Notes under the pieces: generated by a model
Told to the model about the DNA's origin: nothing
Seen by the model: only the letters and a program-made list of their open reading frames with translations
The model's database searches: none
Source: an uncultured Desulfospira sp.
GTDB taxonomy: Bacteria; Desulfobacterota; Desulfobacteria; Desulfobacterales; Desulfobacteraceae
Assembly: GCA_963663165.1 (NCBI GenBank)
Contig: OY760175.1
Coordinates: 1,632,001-1,696,000, forward strand
Direction: 5' to 3'
Length of the DNA: 64,000 nucleotides
In this document: positions 29,513-38,522 of the stretch, in pieces
Layout: each line of letters begins with the position of its first letter
Numbering within the stretch: the first letter of the stretch is position 1
Program-made: the position numbers and the translations under genes

Positions 29513-31432
29513 ATGGGACTTAAAGAAGAACTGGAAGAAAAAGCCTCGGCATGTGACGCCCCCGAAGAGTATATTGAGGTGGCCAAAGAAATTGCAGACG
29601 GTCTGTCAGACAAGGACTGGGCCAGGGAATTGCTCGAAGAAGGCGCGGAATGGGCCCAAACCTATGAAGATGCCGTGGCCTATGCCAGGGCGGGGATAGA
29701 CGTTCTTGGGGACGAGGAGGCGGCCGCAGCCTTTCTGGCCCAGGGCCAGACCCTGTGCATGACCATGGATGACTTTCTGGATCTTGCCGCCAAAGCCCTT
29801 GAACTTAACCTTGAAGAGGCATCCCGGCAGGTTTTCAATGCCGCAGGGACCAAGTGTGTTAAAATTTCCGATTACCTGGCCTTAAGCGAAAAGATTTCAA
29901 CGGTCCTCAATGACCAGGACCTGGCCGGACAGACCGTGGATAAAGCCTTCGGCAAATGCAATAAGGCCGAAGACTTCGTGGCTTTTGCCAAATCGGTTCT
30001 GGACATGTTCAATGACAAACCCCGTGCGGCGGCGGTCTATGACAAGGCCGTGGAAAAGGCCGCCAAAGCCGAGGATTTTGTTGGCCTGGCCCGGGGAGCG
30101 GCAACCGATCTTGAAGATCCGGACCTTGCCCGGTCCATATACGACAAAGCCCTCTCCTGTCTTGAATCCGGAAACGAGCTGCTCAAATTTGCCGAAACCG
30201 TCAAGGAAAAAAGTGATGACAAGACTTTCCTGATGTCGGTTTACCAGAAAGCGGCATCGGTATTTACGGGTTTCTCCGACTACCTGAAACTGGCCAAGGC
30301 CGCATTTGAAAACACCGGTGATGCGGCATTTTCTTCAGGCGTTTACCAGAAGGCGGCGGCCACCAATCCCGACTGCGGTCAGCTGGTGGACCTGGCCAAT
30401 GCCCTGGCCAAAGACCTTAAAGATACGGATGCGGCGGTTAAGGTGTTAAAACAGGCCGAGCAGGCCGTTAAAAACAATGCCGATTTCATCAAAACCGCCA
30501 CAGCCATAAAAGAAATTGTTACCAATGATGACGCATGGACCAACGCCGTGGCCTTTCAGGTGGAAAAAAGAGAAGAATTCAAGGCGCTTTACAGCGACTT
30601 TATCTTAAGGGAACAGGAATATAAAACCTGCGCCCCCATGCGCCGCCTGGCCCATGAGGTCTTTGAAAAAACCGGCGATATTTATTATGCGGCAAAACTG
30701 TACCGGCTTTCCCAGGGCCTGACCGTTAATTTCAACGACTTTATCAAGCTTGCCGCCGGGATCCATGCCGATCTCGGGGACAAGGAATGGGTAACGCAGA
30801 TTTACCAGGACCTGCTGCCCCAATGCGTCAGCCTGAGCTACACCGAGGAACTGACCCGTGCCATTGCGGACACCCTCAAGGACCAGGAATGGATAAAACA
30901 GATATACAAAGACGTGGAAAACAGCAGCCGCGATATCAGTGACCTGGTGACCCTGGCCTATATTGCCGTGAGAAAATTTGACGACCGGCAATGGGTATCA
31001 GACCTGCTGGGCAAAGCCGAATCAAAATGCAGCACCATGCAGGATTATGCCCTGGTGGCCGGTGCCCTTTACAACTGCACCGGAGACCGGGACCTGACCC
31101 AGAGGCTCTACCAGGCCGCCCAGGATCTTTGCCAGACCCCGCGGGAATACCGCACCCTGATTTCCCTGGCCAACCAGTCGGCAGGGGAAAAGTCCTTTCT
31201 GATGGACATCATCCATTCGGCGAAATCCAAATTAACCTCTTTTAATGATTTGATTTTTCTGGCTGAAATCACCATGGTGTATGCCGAAGACAAGGATATG
31301 GCCAGCGGACTCTACCAGGAAGCCGAGGAAAAAGCCCTGTCCAATGCCATGCTCTCCGCCCTGGCCACCAGCATCGGCAGCCGGCTGGGTGAGGCCCAGT
31401 GGGCGTCCCGGGTGTTAAGAAAGATTCATTGA
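29513..31432 (+). CDS. All-helical repeat (TPR-like) protein
   Basis: Recurring ~36-aa unit DY/F..LA......D...A..Y.KA; GAGGAG RBS before MGLKEE. Confidence 0.8.
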   Translation: MGLKEELEEKASACDAPEEYIEVAKEIADGLSDKDWARELLEEGAEWAQTYEDAVAYARAGIDVLGDEEAAAAFLAQGQTLCMTMDDFLDLAAKALELNLEEASRQVFNAAGTKCVKISDYLALSEKISTVLNDQDLAGQTVDKAFGKCNKAEDFVAFAKSVLDMFNDKPRAAAVYDKAVEKAAKAEDFVGLARGAATDLEDPDLARSIYDKALSCLESGNELLKFAETVKEKSDDKTFLMSVYQKAASVFTGFSDYLKLAKAAFENTGDAAFSSGVYQKAAATNPDCGQLVDLANALAKDLKDTDAAVKVLKQAEQAVKNNADFIKTATAIKEIVTNDDAWTNAVAFQVEKREEFKALYSDFILREQEYKTCAPMRRLAHEVFEKTGDIYYAAKLYRLSQGLTVNFNDFIKLAAGIHADLGDKEWVTQIYQDLLPQCVSLSYTEELTRAIADTLKDQEWIKQIYKDVENSSRDISDLVTLAYIAVRKFDDRQWVSDLLGKAESKCSTMQDYALVAGALYNCTGDRDLTQRLYQAAQDLCQTPREYRTLISLANQSAGEKSFLMDIIHSAKSKLTSFNDLIFLAEITMVYAEDKDMASGLYQEAEEKALSNAMLSALATSIGSRLGEAQWASRVLRKIH

Positions 31433-31759
31433 TGGTTAGCTTTTAGCTTTTAGCCATTAGCATCAAGCGGTTGGGCAATTCCCAGCCCTTGATGCTGATG
31501 GCCTCGCCCCTTTTTCCTGCATTCCAGCATTCTCAGACCGGTTTTCCGTTTTTTTCCGGCCGAAAGTCTCCTTTCTTGCCCCAAATCAGTTGCAGGATTT
31601 GTGTTCGATCTTCCCTTCTGATATATTCATTTTTTACATATAACGGCCAATAAAAAATAATGAAAGCGCCTGAAAGGATATCAGGTAAACTTTCAGTGAA
31701 AAGGAAGCCCATTTGCGCCTTATCAAAATCGAATCTTTTAAAAACGGAAAAACCTGTCC

Positions 31760-32860
31760 ATGACCCAAAACGCAAATTTTTTTAAACTCGGTCTGTTTGT
31801 CATTCTTTCATTTGTCCTGTTTGCCGGTTTTCTGATTGCATTCGGCGCAGGTCAGTTCTTGAAAAAGGAACTCATCGCCGAGACCTGTTTTGACGAGTCG
31901 GTCCAGGGCCTGGATATCGGCTCTGAGGTCAAATTCCAGGGCATGGAAATCGGCAAGGTCAAATCCATCACCACCCCGGCCCGGATTTACCAGACCGAAT
32001 CCAGCTATGTTCTGGTTAGATTTTCCATCAGCGATGAAAGCTACGTGGGCCAGGTGGGCAAAACCAGCCAGGAAAGAATGGAAAAAGCCATTGCTAAAGG
32101 CTTGAGAATCAACTTGGCTTTTAAAGGATTAACCGGTGCCGCATACCTTGAAACCAATTACTTTCCCGATGAAACGGCTTCTTTAAATATCTCCTGGGAA
32201 CCGGAGCATCTGTACATCCCATCCCGAAAAAGCCGGATGAAACGGCTGGAAAGCACCCTGACCGGCATTCTGGAAAACCTTTCCCAGATCAATATCAACG
32301 GGATCACCAATGATCTTGAAACCCTGGTGAAAACACTGAACCAGAAACTCTCAGCCGTCCATACCGCCAGGATCTCCGATCAGGCTGAAAATCTGCTCAA
32401 AGAACTGCGGCAGACCAACCAGGGGATTTCAGACACCTTAAAATCAGACCGCCTGAAGACCATTCTTGAAGATTCCCAGACCGCACTGGCATCTTTGAAA
32501 ACCATATTGCAAAATGCCGGTCCTCCCATGGATTCTGGCCTTAAGGACTTTCAGGCAACCCTTGGCAATGTCAAAAACCTGACCAGTGAACTGGATGTAA
32601 AACTATCCAGCCAGCTCACAGATATGGGAACCCGCATCGATACCCTGCTGGAAAGCATCAACAAAACAGCCAAAATGCTGGAAAACGTGGTCTGGCTGAA
32701 TTCAGACGCTGTCAACCAGACCATTGGCAACCTTGAACAGACCTCGGAAAACCTGAAACAGCTGACCCACGAACTCATCCGGTACCCCGGCCGGCTGCTC
32801 CTTGAAAAACCGCCTGAAAAATTCACCCCTGAAACCGAAACCCCAGAGGAAACCAAATGA
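31760..32860 (+). CDS. MlaD/MCE family protein
   Basis: KLGLFV TM, SVQGLDIGSEVKFQG, GLTG, coiled coil. Confidence 0.9.
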   Translation: MTQNANFFKLGLFVILSFVLFAGFLIAFGAGQFLKKELIAETCFDESVQGLDIGSEVKFQGMEIGKVKSITTPARIYQTESSYVLVRFSISDESYVGQVGKTSQERMEKAIAKGLRINLAFKGLTGAAYLETNYFPDETASLNISWEPEHLYIPSRKSRMKRLESTLTGILENLSQININGITNDLETLVKTLNQKLSAVHTARISDQAENLLKELRQTNQGISDTLKSDRLKTILEDSQTALASLKTILQNAGPPMDSGLKDFQATLGNVKNLTSELDVKLSSQLTDMGTRIDTLLESINKTAKMLENVVWLNSDAVNQTIGNLEQTSENLKQLTHELIRYPGRLLLEKPPEKFTPETETPEETK

Positions 32861-33480
32861 CCGCCTTGCTGAAAAGATTAGAGATCAGCCTTGTTCTTAT
32901 GGGCCTTTTCCTGACGGCCGCCTGTTCGGGCATTAAAACCGATTTCCAGCAGCCCAGCCAGTTCAGGCTCACCCTGTCCCCAGGCGCCCATGGCCCGGAA
33001 AACATCGGAAAAGGAGACGGGCTGCTGGTCAGGCTTTTTGACGTATCCCCTGAGTTTGACTTTGAGTCGCTAACCTACCGGGTTGCCGCAGACCGGTATG
33101 AAACCGATTTCTACAATAAATTCATGACCTCCCCCGGCCGGATGATCACCCAGGTGATCAAAGAAGGCCTGTATGCCTCCAGCCACTTTACCAGTGTCAC
33201 GGCCAATGATCCGGAAAATATCCGGTACCGCCTGCGGGGAACGGTTCTTGAGCTATACGGCGATGCCATGGTCAAAAACAGGCCAATGGCGGTCATGACC
33301 ATTCGATTCAAACTTGAAAAGCAGGATCAGGATGGATTCTCCCCTGTTGTCACCAAGACGTATTCACAACAAATCGGTTTGGAAACCCTGAACGCACAAC
33401 ATCTTATCCAGGCATGGAATCAATGCATTGAACAGATCCTGACAGACTTTTTAAAAGATACAGCAACGGCAGTCAAATAA
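32857..33480 (+). CDS. PqiC/ABC-transport auxiliary lipoprotein
   Basis: Lipobox LTAAC; coupled to the MCE gene. Confidence 0.8.
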   Translation: MTALLKRLEISLVLMGLFLTAACSGIKTDFQQPSQFRLTLSPGAHGPENIGKGDGLLVRLFDVSPEFDFESLTYRVAADRYETDFYNKFMTSPGRMITQVIKEGLYASSHFTSVTANDPENIRYRLRGTVLELYGDAMVKNRPMAVMTIRFKLEKQDQDGFSPVVTKTYSQQIGLETLNAQHLIQAWNQCIEQILTDFLKDTATAVK

Positions 33481-33489
33481 CGAAAACCT

Positions 33490-33614
33490 GTGTTTGGACG
33501 AAAAGCTGCCCAGATGCAAGGCGCCGAAAAAATGGCAACCGGAGCAACCTTACGGTTGTGAGGATTGCCATTTTTTCGGCAACGCAGCAGATGGATGGCT
33601 TTTCGTTCAAACAC
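33490..33614. mobile_element. 125-bp MITE/REP-like palindromic element
   Basis: Terminal repeat gtgtttggacgaaaagc / gcttttcgttcaaacac; inner stem ccgaaaaaatggcaa / ttgccattttttcgg; fills the gap between convergent genes. Confidence 0.75.
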
Positions 33615-33617
33615 CAG

Positions 33618-34718
33618 CTATTCATCCGTGATCTGAACGTTCTTCATGGCACGATACCCCACCGGAGGCTCATAATTCCAGTCATTGGTCTGGATAATTT
33701 CCTTGCCGTTGGTGAAATTGCGCTCATACCCCATGTCAATGAGATACCGGGCCCCGGTCCCGGTATCTTCATACTTATCCTCCCCCATCAGGGTGTTGTG
33801 TTCATGTTCCTGTATCACAGATCGGGTCTGGTCCCGGCTGGCCACGATCTCATTGTCGATCCGGTTGATCTCCTGCTGCACCTTTCGCAGCTTCTCAGAA
33901 ATCTTTCTGTCCATGTCACGGATTTGGGCCTGGGTGGCGGCCACCCCTTTGGTGCATTTTTCAAATGCGGCCGAAGTCCTTGCAAGCCAGCCCGAATCCA
34001 TGCGAAAGGATGTCATCACCGCTTTGAGAACCGGCGACAGCTGGTCTGCCTTGTCTAACGGCACCCGCGCGGCCACCGTAAAGTCCGGCATCCATATGGT
34101 GCTGCTGTATACGGTAACGCTGGTGATCAGGGAGGTCCACAATTCGCCGAAACGCACTCCGCCGTGGTCATAGGCCACTTCAATGGATTGGGCAGCCATC
34201 TGCGGGGTGACCGGGTCATCGGCATGAAAGGCTTTTTGCCAGGCCAAGGCCAGGGAGGACAGCGATTTCATCTCCCCCCACTGAACGTTCCTTACACCGG
34301 CGCGTTCCGAAGGGAACACCACCTGGCGCACGTAAGCCACAGGCGACAGCACCTGGGGCATCTGGACCATCCCGTTGAGAACCTGGCCTGCCGGAATCTG
34401 GAAAACAGCTGTCCCCGGGGCCTGGGTGGCGTACATTTCCATTGGGAAATATGTGATGCCGGCCTGGGTCACCGGATCATAGATGGAAAAATAAAGTTTC
34501 TTTCCGCACCCGTCCACAACCGTCCGGATCTGGTTGGGGGCAATGTTCATGATCCCGCCCCTGACCTGCCATCCTTTGGGAACCATCACCGTAAATGCCT
34601 TTTCAGTGGTGTCCTGGTAGAGCTGGTACTGATACACAGGCCCTTTGGCCCCGGATAAAGCCGGTAAGCAAAGAATCAAAACCAGAAATAAACAATTGGC
34701 TGCAGCTATGCGTCTCAT
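33618..34718 (-). CDS. Exported hypothetical protein
   Basis: GGAGG RBS, signal peptide, VPKGW motif, coiled coil near the C-terminus. Confidence 0.75.
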   Translation of the reverse strand: MRRIAAANCLFLVLILCLPALSGAKGPVYQYQLYQDTTEKAFTVMVPKGWQVRGGIMNIAPNQIRTVVDGCGKKLYFSIYDPVTQAGITYFPMEMYATQAPGTAVFQIPAGQVLNGMVQMPQVLSPVAYVRQVVFPSERAGVRNVQWGEMKSLSSLALAWQKAFHADDPVTPQMAAQSIEVAYDHGGVRFGELWTSLITSVTVYSSTIWMPDFTVAARVPLDKADQLSPVLKAVMTSFRMDSGWLARTSAAFEKCTKGVAATQAQIRDMDRKISEKLRKVQQEINRIDNEIVASRDQTRSVIQEHEHNTLMGEDKYEDTGTGARYLIDMGYERNFTNGKEIIQTNDWNYEPPVGYRAMKNVQITDE

Positions 34719-34867
34719 TGTCCCGTCCTCCGTGTACCAAAAATGATATCCCGTCATCGTCAGTGTGGTGCGAGTGCAAGTTGACTATATGGGGTTATCC
34801 AGATCACTGTCAACCCATTTGCTCTGCAGGGTAACCGCATTGGAATATTACACTTGATCTCCAATTG

Positions 34868-34964
34868 TGGACTTTGGACTTGGGATATGGGACTTGGGGA
34901 TTGCCGTATCCATGGCCTCCCCAAGTCCCAAGTCCCATATCCCAAGTCCCAATTTTATACATTA
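34868..34964. repeat. Heptamer palindromic repeat, copy 2
   Basis: Reverse-complement copy of 19889-19985. Confidence 0.9.
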
Positions 34965-35139
34965 AATTCACAAACGATATCAAAATATCATGCCGAATTA
35001 CAAATGCTGTTTCCCTGATTTGCTCGGCTTTCAATGGGTTGTGGGGATAAAAACATAGAGACCGGAAACCGGATATTGCGAATCCTTAGAGTTTACGCTT
35101 CCGGTCTGCGGCCTGCCGTCTTCCGGTCTCCTTTCCAGC

Positions 35140-36366
35140 TTAATTCAAAATCATCTGATTCTGGCTGTCCGGGACAAACAGGGCGTTGGAAACCGCGGAC
35201 AGACTTGAGCTGCTCAGAATTTTCAATTCAATATTATGGCGCGTGCAAAGCTGTTTCACCTTAAGGCAGGCCGTGTGGCTGTTGCAGTTGACCGGACACA
35301 GGACCAGGTCCGAGCGTTTTACCCGGGCTTCAAGGTTGGCCGTGGTGTTCTTAAGGTAACCGTCATGGTAATCAAACTGCCCCCCGGCCTTTTCAATGAT
35401 ATCTTTATAATAGGCTTTCATCTTGGTGATGCCGCCGACCATGAAAACCCTTTTGGCGCAAAGCCGGTATCGTTCACAGGCTTCTTTTAAACACCGGTTA
35501 TCCTCACAGGGAAGGCCTGGGGCATGGTCCGGGTCTTCCTTGGCGGCAAACCGGCCAAAATTCTCAACCAGGGCCGTGAATTCATTTTTAAGGGTTTGAT
35601 TTTCGTTTTCCAGACTGAAGGCCTGAATCTGAAGCTTTCTTTTCTCTCTTTCCACAAGGCGATACTTTTCGTTCAGGTCCCGGAGCTTAAGTTCCAGGGA
35701 ATCCATCTGTTGTTTTAATTCGAGGACCTCCGGGCGAACATGGCATGGTGTGCCGGCCTGCTGCCCAAGCGCCCTGGCCCGGGTTTCCAGGTTCCGGTTT
35801 TCGGCTTCCAAAGCGGCCGTCCTTGCGGCATCGGCTTTTCTGATTTTAACCAGCTCCTTGATCCGGCCTTCCTTTTCCCGGACCCGCTGCTGTTCTCTGG
35901 CCAGAACTTCATTGTTTTTCACCAGCTGCTTTTGCATGTCAAACACCCGGGTCATATTGGCATGGGACAGCATGTGGACCTCGCCGTACACATCGCAAAG
36001 CAGGTCAACATCAGACTCTTTACAGGCGACGATGGCAAACATCATGGGCCCTACGTTTCCGGACTCCCTGGCCTCATCCCACAGTTGCCTTGCTTTGTTT
36101 TCATCGGCCCCGGCCACCTGGACCATGGATCTGCGGCAATTGCTTTTAATAAAATTATTGACCTTAATGGATACGGCGTTCCTGTCTGAAAGTTTCATCA
36201 TGATCTGCTGATGGTACTCATAGGGTTTGAGCCCTGAAACATCATACCCGCATTTTTCAAGAAGTGTCCGGTGTTTTTCGGCTGAAAGCATGGCCCCGAC
36301 AACCGGGCATTTAAAATGTGGTTCGATTTCCCATATGTCCATGAATCCGGATAAATCACACGCCAT
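35140..36366 (-). CDS. DUF2325 domain protein with coiled coil
   Basis: IWE...CPVVG N-terminus, GEVHM, C-terminal VGG..HDG..CPVNCNSH.AC. Confidence 0.85.
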   Translation of the reverse strand: MACDLSGFMDIWEIEPHFKCPVVGAMLSAEKHRTLLEKCGYDVSGLKPYEYHQQIMMKLSDRNAVSIKVNNFIKSNCRRSMVQVAGADENKARQLWDEARESGNVGPMMFAIVACKESDVDLLCDVYGEVHMLSHANMTRVFDMQKQLVKNNEVLAREQQRVREKEGRIKELVKIRKADAARTAALEAENRNLETRARALGQQAGTPCHVRPEVLELKQQMDSLELKLRDLNEKYRLVEREKRKLQIQAFSLENENQTLKNEFTALVENFGRFAAKEDPDHAPGLPCEDNRCLKEACERYRLCAKRVFMVGGITKMKAYYKDIIEKAGGQFDYHDGYLKNTTANLEARVKRSDLVLCPVNCNSHTACLKVKQLCTRHNIELKILSSSSLSAVSNALFVPDSQNQMILN

Positions 36367-36411
36367 TGTTTTGCTCCTTTAAAATTTAAAGCCAGACTAT
36401 AATTTTACCGG

Positions 36412-36461
36412 ACAATACAAGACAATTTATAAGATGTCAATAAAAAGTTAGTGCTGACTTA
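36412..36461 (-). promoter_or_regulatory. Promoter TTGACA-17-TATTGT with upstream TTAG-TGCTGA-CTTA (36448-36461)
   Basis: Same -35 and -10 hexamers as the fld promoter. Confidence 0.65.
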
Positions 36462-36618
36462 GAGTTTTATATTTGTCAAAAAAACGGGCGTCAAACCATC
36501 ACTGACCCGCCAGGCAAGCCAGTGTCCTGATCCTCCCCAAGATTTCACCTTTACTTTATCCATGATTTTACATACATTCAAAACAATTTGATTTAGGACT
36601 ATTTCCACGGGAACTGCC

Positions 36619-38520
36619 ATGAGAAACCGTGCCCTGGCGGCCATGATCCTCGTTTGGACAATTATTTTTGCCCCTTTGTCCGGTGCTGGACAGCAAAAGG
36701 TCATTTATGTGGATTCCCTTCAGCCCGGATGCCAGTGGGGTGCCCAGATTTCCCGGGGGATCAGTTCGGTATTACAAAACCGATCCGATGTGGACCTGAA
36801 AATTCTCAGGATGGACATCAAAGAAAATGCGTCTGATGCGCAAAAACAAGCGGCGTCCCTTGAAGCCAGAAACACCATTGAGGCCTTTGGCCCCGATGTG
36901 GTAATTGCCTCGGGGGATACCGCCGCCAAATACCTGATCCTGCCCTACTACAAGTCAGGCCCCCTGCCCGTTGTTGTCTGCGGCATTCTCTGGGATGTGT
37001 CCGGGTTCGGGTTCCCGGCAAAGAATGTGGCCGGCGTGGTGCAGAAAATCTCTTTTGGGTCTGCCATCAAAACCCTGAAGCAATTTTCAAAAGGCGACCG
37101 GATTGGATTTATATCCGCTGACACCGGCGGCGCGCACAAAACCCTTCAATGTCTGTCCACCTTATTTGATGTTCAGTTTAATGCCCGGTTTGTCACCTCT
37201 TTTGACGAGTTCAAACATGCATTTTTAAACCTGGAAGAGGCATGTGACATGCTGCTGATCGGGCAATGCCTTTCACTTAAAGGGTATTCCCCTGGCCAGA
37301 TGACTGATTTTATCCGTATCAAGACCTGTATTCCCACCCTTTCGTTAGACAGCCGCCTGGCCGAGTATGCCCTTTTGACCTACGCCCCCACAGGAACGTT
37401 CCAGGGGAAGAAGGCGGCCCGGACCGCCCTTGGAATCCTGTCCGGCCGGCCTTTGGAAACCTTTGGCCTTATGGTGAACCAGGATACCCAGGTTTATCTG
37501 AACATGGCCCTTGCCAAAAAACTGAACATCAAATTTCCCATTGACCTCATGGAATATGCCCGGCTCACCGGCATTGAGAAAAAAAAGCTGTTTTTCATCA
37601 ACTCTTATCACCAGGGATTCTCATGGAGCGACGACATTGAAACCGGTCTTGCCAAAGCCCTGGACATACGCATCAATCCGGACCGTTCCCTGGATATGTC
37701 CCAGGCCCGGGTGGATTTAAAAATTTTCCGCATGGATACCAAGCGCAACCCGTCTGAATCATTTATTAAAGGCGCTGCCCTCAAAGCCAAAGAAATGATT
37801 GACGCCTGGCAGCCGGATATTCTGGTGGCCGGTGATGACGGTGCCGTCAAATACGTGATTGCCCCGTATTACGTTAACTCAGACTTAAACGTGGTCTTTT
37901 GCGGATTAAACGGCAAGGTGTCGGAATATGGGATATCGGCCCCCAATATCACCGGAATGGTTGAATCCGCCCCCTATGACCAGACCCTTATCCTGCTCCA
38001 AAAATTTGCCAAAGGGAACCGGGTTGCCGTCATTGGTTCAGACGCTTACTGCAACCGGAAAGAATTTGCCAAACCCGAGCGAAAACAGATCCTCCAGGAC
38101 GGGGAGATGCGGCTGGTCAATAATTATGAATCATGGAAAACCGCCTACCTGGAACTCCAGGACAAAGCCGATATGCTTGTCCTGCTGGACCTGGAAGGCA
38201 TTAAAAACTGGAACAGCCAAACCGTCAGGCAGTTTATTCTGGAGAATACCAAAATAGTGACCGGGGCCTTTTTTGATTGTGAGATCCAATATGCCCTGAT
38301 GGGATGGACCGCCATTGCCGAAGAACATGGCTGGTGGTCAGGCAAAACCGCCTTGAAAATCCTGAACGGGGCCTGCCCGGCCGACATTCCCATTACCATC
38401 AACCGGCACTCAAAACTCTATCTGAATCTGGAGCTGGCCGACCGCCTTGGCATCAAATTTCCCGTTGACCTGATGGAACAGGCCAATTTTATCCCCCCAT
38501 TGAGAAAAAAGAGACCTTAA
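36619..38520 (+). CDS. Periplasmic substrate-binding-like protein with internal duplication
   Basis: Signal peptide; two homologous halves each ending YLN..LA..L.IKFP.DLME.A. Confidence 0.8.
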   Translation: MRNRALAAMILVWTIIFAPLSGAGQQKVIYVDSLQPGCQWGAQISRGISSVLQNRSDVDLKILRMDIKENASDAQKQAASLEARNTIEAFGPDVVIASGDTAAKYLILPYYKSGPLPVVVCGILWDVSGFGFPAKNVAGVVQKISFGSAIKTLKQFSKGDRIGFISADTGGAHKTLQCLSTLFDVQFNARFVTSFDEFKHAFLNLEEACDMLLIGQCLSLKGYSPGQMTDFIRIKTCIPTLSLDSRLAEYALLTYAPTGTFQGKKAARTALGILSGRPLETFGLMVNQDTQVYLNMALAKKLNIKFPIDLMEYARLTGIEKKKLFFINSYHQGFSWSDDIETGLAKALDIRINPDRSLDMSQARVDLKIFRMDTKRNPSESFIKGAALKAKEMIDAWQPDILVAGDDGAVKYVIAPYYVNSDLNVVFCGLNGKVSEYGISAPNITGMVESAPYDQTLILLQKFAKGNRVAVIGSDAYCNRKEFAKPERKQILQDGEMRLVNNYESWKTAYLELQDKADMLVLLDLEGIKNWNSQTVRQFILENTKIVTGAFFDCEIQYALMGWTAIAEEHGWWSGKTALKILNGACPADIPITINRHSKLYLNLELADRLGIKFPVDLMEQANFIPPLRKKRP

Positions 38521-38522
38521 AA

